Source: a virus (Duplodnaviria; Caudoviricetes). Taken from it: a stretch of DNA of 64,000 nt. This document shows, in pieces, positions 57,510 through 64,000 of the stretch; position 1 is the first letter of the stretch, and each line of letters opens with the position of its first letter. Made by a program: the position numbers and the translations under genes. The notes below the pieces were generated by a model. The model was not told the DNA's origin. It did not search any database and worked only from the letters and a program-made list of their open reading frames with translations. The stretch covers positions 1-64,000 of the IMG/VR virus record IMGVR_UViG_3300028914_000059; one strand, 5' to 3'.

Positions 57510-60044
57510 TTACATTCTCTTTCTAGTAGTACCTTTAAACATTGTATCCTGGTCTGGAGATTTCGGAGGCATAATAGCTGTCGGGATCTGCTGCATTTCG
57601 CTCATTCTTCTACGGACAAGATTTTCCAGTGTTGGCATATCGGCTCTCATCTGAGCAAGAATCTGATGCTGCCCTGCAGGATCTAACGCCATTAAGTCCT
57701 TGGTTAAGGATGTAACCAGAGACTTTACTCCAGGAGGAACTACACCTGTAGTAAGGCTTTCTTTAGCACGTTGTTCCTGTTCCTGGCGTTTGGAAGTCTG
57801 GAATTCTCCTTCTTCCATTTTAAAAGCTGCGGATTTTAAAGAACCACCCTTACTCATAGGTTGAGCCTGAAGAGAGGTTCCTTGGCCCGCCGATTGTCTT
57901 GGATCCAAAGAAGTATTCTGCTGACGAGCTCTATACTCTTCCTCTGAGATCTGCTGACCGCTTTGTAAATCATAGAAGGCATGATTTGGAACATCAATAG
58001 CCACACCAGCAGCAGTATCTATGAGGTAACCAGTTGTGGGGTCATAAGGCATTCCGGAATTTGGGTCTATAGGTAAGCCTGTCTGCGGATCCATCTGCTG
58101 ACCACCCTGAGCCTGACCTGGGTCTTGTGTCTGACCCTGCTGAGCAGGATCATTTGGATTAGGCACCGGCTGACCAGTCTGTGGATCTATCCACTGATTA
58201 CTTTGCGGATCTAATAGATATCCAGTATTGGCATCCATCGGCATACCTGTATTAGGATCTATCGGGTACCCAGTATTAGGGTCTACTTGTGGGCCTTGGG
58301 CATTAGGATCACCGCCCTGAGCGTTAGGATCACCTTCCTGAGGCTGCTGTTCGCCGCCCTGAGCATTGGGATCTCCGCCCTGAGCATTAGGATCACCTGC
58401 TGGAGGCATCAATCCCATTTCTGCCAATTCCTGCTGAGCCTTAGCCTGGGCAACAGTCTGGGCTACCATCATATCACCCTGAGCTTCCATCTGCTTAAGC
58501 TGAGCCTGCATCTGGAAGTCATTACTGATAAGACTTGCTTCACCCTGAGCTTTAGCCTGATTGACAGCGTCACGGATAAAGTCTCCAAGTCTGCCTGCAG
58601 CTTCTTCCTGCTTGAGTCTCTTTTCTTCTACATAGTCATAACCGAATTCAGACAGCATTCTAGAGCTACTGATCTTACCAGTAGCTTCGAGGTTCATAGC
58701 TATCTGCTGGCGTTGAACGTCATCAGCCATACGCAATTCAGACATATAAATATCTACTGGAGCATAATGCAGGAATTTAGAAAATACACTTACAAGGAAT
58801 TTGATAAAACGCTGCATACCGTCTCTGATTCCTTCAAAGGTATTTTCCAACATTCTTAAAGTAATAGATGAGCCAGTCCAGGTCATACCACCAAATACAA
58901 ATTCCTGTGGAACACTCATAGAAGCAATAACCTGCTGAACTTCCTGCTGAATTTCAGGACCAAGTAACAAAGCTCTACCTTCGCCACCGATACTTTCAAA
59001 ACCTATAGGAATATTAAAGACTGGAATATAGTTGGGATCTTGTCTCCATTTCTTTAATTCACTTTCAACATTACTCTTCCATCTCCCGAGGCCGATATTT
59101 GCTGCAGGAGGAAGGCTAGACCCATTACCGGTCTGAGGGAACAAAACCCACAAAGGAACAATATGTTGAACAGCAACCGCTTCCTGGGCTCTCTTTAAGG
59201 TCTGTAAATAATACAAACTCTTAAGAGCATGCATTATCAGAGGATAACCCCAAGAGCTGCATTGACCGGCTAAGCTTGGTCTGCGTAAATGATAGAATAA
59301 ATCTTTACGAAGAACAACACGTTTATCTTCCTTGACAGCTTCAAGCACTATCATAGGGGCGTGCTCAATAAGGTTCATATCTTTACCTTCAAGTAAAGCT
59401 TCCTTATAAGTAACTGGTAGATCCCAGACATACTGCTTTTCACCAGAAACAGGATCTGCTATTATTTCCATAGCCATAGGGTCATATCTTATAATAGACA
59501 CACCTTTGGATGTTCTTATATAGCGATCTTTTATCTTGAAAATAACTTTCTTATTGCAACTCAGACAAGTACCGGATATTTCCATCTTTCTTATCTTAGC
59601 CTTAAGGTTTTTATAGAGCCCCATAGGATGTATAGAACCACACTTAGGACACTTGAGATATCTCTTAAAAGGCAAATAGATACCTAAGAAGGAATTGCCA
59701 TAAACACCCATATCAATGCCTATTTCGTAGAGTGTCTGCGGCAAATTCAACTGATCTTCAAACAAGAATCTCCACTTCTTCTGTACTTCCTTATCTTCTA
59801 CAGCCGTATAAACAAAACTGGTGACCGGGTAGGCTGCCATTTTGTTTACTATAGCAGGGACTATGCAGTTCGTATTATAAAAATAGACACAGTATTGGAA
59901 CAACTCTTTGATAGAGTTGGGGAAATAGGTCTGAGCAAGGTCGAAAAACGGTGATGGATATGGAAGAATTGGTCTTCCGCTATCCTGCTTGGCACCATGA
60001 TTCAACGATAATTCATCATCTGGTGATATAGGTGTTATAGGCAT
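57510..60044 (-). CDS. Portal protein with zinc-ribbon insert and Gln/Pro/Gly-rich C-terminal extension
   Basis: YGNSF, YHLRRP...WGYP, SMSVPQEFVFG portal patterns; DPxTG repeats. Confidence 0.75.
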   Translation of the reverse strand: MPITPISPDDELSLNHGAKQDSGRPILPYPSPFFDLAQTYFPNSIKELFQYCVYFYNTNCIVPAIVNKMAAYPVTSFVYTAVEDKEVQKKWRFLFEDQLNLPQTLYEIGIDMGVYGNSFLGIYLPFKRYLKCPKCGSIHPMGLYKNLKAKIRKMEISGTCLSCNKKVIFKIKDRYIRTSKGVSIIRYDPMAMEIIADPVSGEKQYVWDLPVTYKEALLEGKDMNLIEHAPMIVLEAVKEDKRVVLRKDLFYHLRRPSLAGQCSSWGYPLIMHALKSLYYLQTLKRAQEAVAVQHIVPLWVLFPQTGNGSSLPPAANIGLGRWKSNVESELKKWRQDPNYIPVFNIPIGFESIGGEGRALLLGPEIQQEVQQVIASMSVPQEFVFGGMTWTGSSITLRMLENTFEGIRDGMQRFIKFLVSVFSKFLHYAPVDIYMSELRMADDVQRQQIAMNLEATGKISSSRMLSEFGYDYVEEKRLKQEEAAGRLGDFIRDAVNQAKAQGEASLISNDFQMQAQLKQMEAQGDMMVAQTVAQAKAQQELAEMGLMPPAGDPNAQGGDPNAQGGEQQPQEGDPNAQGGDPNAQGPQVDPNTGYPIDPNTGMPMDANTGYLLDPQSNQWIDPQTGQPVPNPNDPAQQGQTQDPGQAQGGQQMDPQTGLPIDPNSGMPYDPTTGYLIDTAAGVAIDVPNHAFYDLQSGQQISEEEYRARQQNTSLDPRQSAGQGTSLQAQPMSKGGSLKSAAFKMEEGEFQTSKRQEQEQRAKESLTTGVVPPGVKSLVTSLTKDLMALDPAGQHQILAQMRADMPTLENLVRRRMSEMQQIPTAIMPPKSPDQDTMFKGTTRKRM

Positions 60045-60059
60045 AATATATAATCCTTA

Positions 60060-61274
60060 TCAACCCATGAACGGGTTATAGTCATCTTCTTCTTCTTCAA
60101 TAGCCATTACATCAGGAGCATCTGAAAGTTCAGTATCAGCGACTTCCTGCATAATTTCTACAGCACTTCCTTCATGAGGTTCTGTAGATTCCAGTTCGAA
60201 ATGCTCACTCTTTTCTTCGGGGAAGATTCCACCAACAGATACTCCAGTCATTATTGGAGAACCTGGAATCGAGGCAACTTTAGCAGTATGAGCTACAAAG
60301 CTTACCGGCTGGAAAATTCCCATAGCTGCTTCCATTTCATCAAACATATTGTTCATCATGAATCCAGCTACTTTTTCCTGGACTGTAAGCATAGCTTCCT
60401 TAACCCCTTCGGTAAAAGCGAGGGGGCCGTAATCTTCATCCGGCATTTCTATATCCATAGCATCAGATACAGGTGCCAGCATACCGGCGTTGATATCTTC
60501 CTTAGTTACAGCTTCGGAAGATTCGCCAGACTGAGTAAAATGAATGAGGCCTTCCTTGACATTGCTGAACATATCGAGGGCTTCTTTTTCTTTAGTTATC
60601 AGGTCGTGGCTGTTAATCATAGAAACAAACAGACGTTTGCACATCTGGTCTTCTACGCTGTTATCCTTGAAATCTATCTTAGCCAGTTCCTGCCCGCTGT
60701 ATTCAGCAAACTTAGCCTTGACACGTTCACGTATATCATTGATATGGTTCATATCCAGACCAAGAACTGTCTTCATTCTTTCGAGGGCTTTCATAAGATA
60801 GTCATCGACTTCTTCGGAGGGATGCCAGAAGAGTTCGTCATTAATGGCTTCACAGCCGATGTAATGTTGCACTTCTTCAGAATACTCCACCTTAGTAAGC
60901 TTTTCCATGATTCTCATAGCATGGACTACATTTTCTATAGGGAGATTCTGCTTTTCATAAAAAAGAACGGGGATGCCGGTAAGAGCAGCACATGTCTTTT
61001 CAAACAAGTGCCACTCTTGGTCTACGAAAGACTTGCCGCCTCTGATTGCTGATAAACACTGAATTTCACCTAGTATGTTATTATTAGGTTTAGCCAGGCC
61101 TAAACGTTCCAGCTCTTCCAGTATTGTTTCATACTCAAACTCCCACCAGTTTTCACTGGAGAATATAAAATCCATTATGGCAGAGATAGCCAGTGCTGGA
61201 TAGTATATTTTCTGCGTAAGAGCATAGTTAATATAATTGCGTAAATCTTGTGACAAAGTCTTTTCATCGACCAT
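60060..61274 (-). CDS. Hypothetical virion protein
   Basis: GGGAGG SD; KVAG and KVAS motifs; acidic tail. Confidence 0.65.
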   Translation of the reverse strand: MVDEKTLSQDLRNYINYALTQKIYYPALAISAIMDFIFSSENWWEFEYETILEELERLGLAKPNNNILGEIQCLSAIRGGKSFVDQEWHLFEKTCAALTGIPVLFYEKQNLPIENVVHAMRIMEKLTKVEYSEEVQHYIGCEAINDELFWHPSEEVDDYLMKALERMKTVLGLDMNHINDIRERVKAKFAEYSGQELAKIDFKDNSVEDQMCKRLFVSMINSHDLITKEKEALDMFSNVKEGLIHFTQSGESSEAVTKEDINAGMLAPVSDAMDIEMPDEDYGPLAFTEGVKEAMLTVQEKVAGFMMNNMFDEMEAAMGIFQPVSFVAHTAKVASIPGSPIMTGVSVGGIFPEEKSEHFELESTEPHEGSAVEIMQEVADTELSDAPDVMAIEEEEDDYNPFMG

Positions 61275-61289
61275 AGCCGCCTCCCGAAT

Positions 61290-62624
61290 TTATTTTCCTT
61301 TAGAACCTATAGCTTCCACTATAACAGATTTGTAAGGGATAGGCAAGGAATTAAATACAGCAATCGGATCGGCTACCATTTCATCAAGAGTGCCCTGGTC
61401 AATAAGTCCGCCAAGGTCTCCAGCATTAAGATTCATGAGATCGTTGGCCTTTACAGGTTTACCCATAAAAGTAGTGGCCATAGCATCAAGAGTATTTGCT
61501 ACTTTTTCAAGTTTTGGATTACTTAAAGTAAGTATTGGTTTATAGGTACTGCCATAGGGGTCACGGATGAATTTACCATAACCCTTATCAAAACCTGCAA
61601 CCTTATCTAACATATGCAGAGTTTCAGCATATTTGTCTATATCGGTTCTTCCAATAAGTCCAGACAGTTTAACATAACCTACAAGAGCCTGGGCACGTTC
61701 ATCATCACATTTAGTAACTACTTCATGTTCTGCGGTCTTTTCGTTATATTTTACTTCATACTGTTTGAGCTGGTCTATACGGGTCTTAATACATTCATAA
61801 GCTGTTGGAGACCATTCATGAGAGGCGTATTTAGATACGGTGGTTGCTGGAATTTCAACATAATATTCAGCAGCCTTGTCACGAAGCTTCTTAGCGAAAG
61901 TGTGACGTTGTTCCAAAGAGAACTGTTTGTGGTTCTTATCAAAGTAAGAAGCCATCTTTTCAACATCTTCTGCACTTGTTATAGGGAATAGTCTTCTCTT
62001 CTGACCGTCTTTTTCGGAAACAAATACAAAACTGTCATCGCTGAGCTTAGCTCTGGATTCCTTGATGTTTCTGGTTTCTTCGTCAAAATGGTCGCGGAGT
62101 TTTTCAGCTTCTGGCTCTGATGGCTCACGATAGGTGTTGCCGGCAAGCTCGCTAGAATACACGCTGTATTTAACACCAGCAATTTCTCTTAATACATCAG
62201 AGAAAGCCCAGCACATGCGCCTGCCTATAGAGCCTGGGACTTCATCAGCTGAGTCTATCCTGTTATAAAGATTTTTGGCGGCTATAGCAGCTGCCTTGGC
62301 TGGGAGTTCCTTATAAACCTTGGACAGGTATATAGCACTTACTAAAGCGTTATTAATATCAGGGCAAGGGAAACGTCTGGTAACTTTACCATCCTTAGCT
62401 ACGTGGATAAGAGCGAAGTCACTGTCTGGAAGCAGTCCCAGATCTTCCGGACCGAGAACATCCAGCTTTTCTACTTCAGATTTGAACTCAGCAACGGCTT
62501 TCATGGCACGGGAAACTTCCTTGTCATCTCCAATTCTGCCGACTTCTTCTACAATAGCGGCCATCTTCCTGTATCCAGGATCAGAAGCTATATCCAGAAC
62601 TAAATCTGCAAATTTATTGAACAT
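61290..62624 (-). CDS. Putative head protein, KxA-rich, with an internally repeated domain
   Basis: About 11 KxA/S motifs; LPDSDFAL..DGKVTRRFP and LSDDSFVF..DGQKRRLFP. Confidence 0.65.
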   Translation of the reverse strand: MFNKFADLVLDIASDPGYRKMAAIVEEVGRIGDDKEVSRAMKAVAEFKSEVEKLDVLGPEDLGLLPDSDFALIHVAKDGKVTRRFPCPDINNALVSAIYLSKVYKELPAKAAAIAAKNLYNRIDSADEVPGSIGRRMCWAFSDVLREIAGVKYSVYSSELAGNTYREPSEPEAEKLRDHFDEETRNIKESRAKLSDDSFVFVSEKDGQKRRLFPITSAEDVEKMASYFDKNHKQFSLEQRHTFAKKLRDKAAEYYVEIPATTVSKYASHEWSPTAYECIKTRIDQLKQYEVKYNEKTAEHEVVTKCDDERAQALVGYVKLSGLIGRTDIDKYAETLHMLDKVAGFDKGYGKFIRDPYGSTYKPILTLSNPKLEKVANTLDAMATTFMGKPVKANDLMNLNAGDLGGLIDQGTLDEMVADPIAVFNSLPIPYKSVIVEAIGSKGK

Positions 62625-63984
62625 ATTTTCCTCCAGGTAAATTCTGTGGGAGTTTTAACAGTTCTTCGATGTCTATATATTCCTGGTCAGGAATTACCAA
62701 AGACTGGTTAAATCCAACATCATCTATAATTAAATTAATAATACATTTTCTAGGAACAAAGAATTCAAAATAACCACGCTCATCAGTATAGAGCAGATTA
62801 GTGCCTTTTCTGATAAAGGTGTTATTTATTCTGGTAGGTTCCTTAATTCTATATACTAAAGGTATACTTTCAGAAGGCTCTGCTCCGATACTTGCGATAG
62901 TGCCCTGAACAAGGCAAAGGTCTGAGAATATATCCGGTGCGTGTCTCTTTGGGGAAACCTGACCCTCAACACCATCCGCTGTCATAGCAGATATTGTATA
63001 AAGAGTCTTGGGAGTGCCTTTCCTGTCGAGGAACCACTGGAGCTTTGCACGGCTGTAAGTATCATTCGGAACAATAATTGTCCTGAAACGCTGAGGTTCT
63101 TCGGGTTCTTCTTCAACAGGTTCTTCCGGAGTTTCAGGCTCTTCTGGGGGTTCTTCCTGATTTTCATCAGGTTCACCTTCTTCGGAAGGCTCCTCTTCAG
63201 CTTTAGCTGCCAGATTAGCCTTTAACAGCTCAATAATTTCATTAAGACTGGGCTGTATATCGTCAGAACATCTAACGCACTGACATTTAGCTGGCTCCTC
63301 TGGAAGAGGTATTTCCGGATCTTCAGCACGTATTACATAATAAGCGGCATCCAACTGCTTTTCCCATGTAAGTCTGACTCCGTAGAAAGGATATTCCTCA
63401 TTTTCAGTTACAATGGTAATATCCAGGCAATCCTTCACGGGATCTAATTCCGGAGTAGCATCATTAGTGCTTTCAAATTCCATAATAAACTGATTACCAG
63501 CCCTACATTGAGACATCATCAATATTGTAGTATAGCTTTCTTCATCTTCTGCTTCACCGGCAGTCAGATGCACACCAGCTTTAAGCTCTTCAGCGCCGAG
63601 CAGATAATCGGGAGCTTCAGTGAGCTGAACTATACCAGAACCGGAAGTAGCTCTGAAAATTACTGGGTATGGAACATACTCAACCCACTCTTCTGGAAGC
63701 CCTGGAACAGGTAGAACTTCCCACGTAAATGGAGTAGGTTCAGCCGACTCTTCTGGTTCAATAGGTTCCTCGGGGTCACCTGGTTCAGTCCCTGGTTCAG
63801 TCCCTGGTTCAGTCCCTGGTTCAGTCCCTGGTTCAGTCCCTGGTTCAGTCCCTGGTTCAGTCCCTGGTTCAGTTCCTGGCTCAGTTCCTGGCTCAGTTCC
63901 TGGCTCAGTTCCTGGCTCAGTTCCTGGCTCAGTTCCTGGATCATCATTCTGGTCACCAGTGGGATTATCATTGTCATTATTCAA
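62614..63984 (-). CDS. Acidic structural protein with PGTE repeats (true start may lie beyond the window)
   Basis: ORF track start is TTG; frame remains open to the window edge. Confidence 0.65.
   Translation of the reverse strand: MNNDNDNPTGDQNDDPGTEPGTEPGTEPGTEPGTEPGTEPGTEPGTEPGTEPGTEPGTEPGTEPGTEPGDPEEPIEPEESAEPTPFTWEVLPVPGLPEEWVEYVPYPVIFRATSGSGIVQLTEAPDYLLGAEELKAGVHLTAGEAEDEESYTTILMMSQCRAGNQFIMEFESTNDATPELDPVKDCLDITIVTENEEYPFYGVRLTWEKQLDAAYYVIRAEDPEIPLPEEPAKCQCVRCSDDIQPSLNEIIELLKANLAAKAEEEPSEEGEPDENQEEPPEEPETPEEPVEEEPEEPQRFRTIIVPNDTYSRAKLQWFLDRKGTPKTLYTISAMTADGVEGQVSPKRHAPDIFSDLCLVQGTIASIGAEPSESIPLVYRIKEPTRINNTFIRKGTNLLYTDERGYFEFFVPRKCIINLIIDDVGFNQSLVIPDQEYIDIEELLKLPQNLPGGKYVQ
63781..63936. 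repeat. 12-bp tandem repeat, 13 copies, encoding PGTE
   Basis: 7x TGGTTCAGTCCC, one hybrid unit, 5x TGGCTCAGTTCC. Confidence 0.95.
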
Positions 63985-64000
63985 TAATTCGTCATCGTCC

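Noticed and set aside
50633-57510. Non-coding repeat array beside the RT
   Set aside because: Intergenic gaps are short (about 110 bp or less) and I could see no repeated unit by eye; a self dot-plot would be more sensitive
60174-61052. Long antisense ORFs (also 4661..5377, 13275..13907, 58287..58859 and others)
   Set aside because: Shadows of well-supported genes on the other strand, with no SD or recognisable motifs
63781-63936. Tandem repeats here and at 26277-26380 as CRISPR arrays
   Set aside because: No unique spacers; unit lengths are multiples of three and lie in frame within ORFs
1-64000. Alternative genetic code (TAG or TGA recoding)
   Set aside because: Long genes are intact under the standard code, and TAG and TGA end genes at sensible positions
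1-64000. tRNA or rRNA genes
   Set aside because: No cloverleaf or T-loop signature seen in the few intergenic gaps

Overview
This is a 64-kb internal segment of a large contractile-tailed dsDNA phage genome (jumbo/myovirus-like). It appears to use the standard genetic code. Strong GGAGG Shine-Dalgarno (SD) sites suggest a Bacillota host, which is inference only. Plus-strand blocks carry replication and accessory genes: a PD-(D/E)XK nuclease, an SSB-like protein, an Rnl2-type RNA ligase, an AEP-PriL-MCM primase-helicase, a family A DNA polymerase split by a group I intron with a LAGLIDADG endonuclease, a frameshifted SF2 helicase, RuvC, a stand-alone CARF protein and a retron-type reverse transcriptase. 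Minus-strand blocks carry virion genes: tail chaperones with a -1 frameshift, tail tube and sheath, neck, capsid, protease, terminase, PAAR, spike and portal. They also carry a sigma70-family factor and a fused beta-beta' RNA polymerase. The most notable signals are: (1) a retron-type RT with no adjacent intergenic room for its ncRNA, in the same block as a solo CARF protein; (2) a K-x-[AS] motif saturating putative head proteins, with a shared N-terminal leader ending in KLA on divergent cargo proteins; (3) a ~350-bp nested inverted-repeat element with an A-rich core between the primase-helicase and polymerase blocks, a candidate origin; (4) two promoter classes, GGTATAAG before plus-strand blocks and sigma70-like before virion genes. 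All protein calls come from motif recognition by eye; no searches were run.
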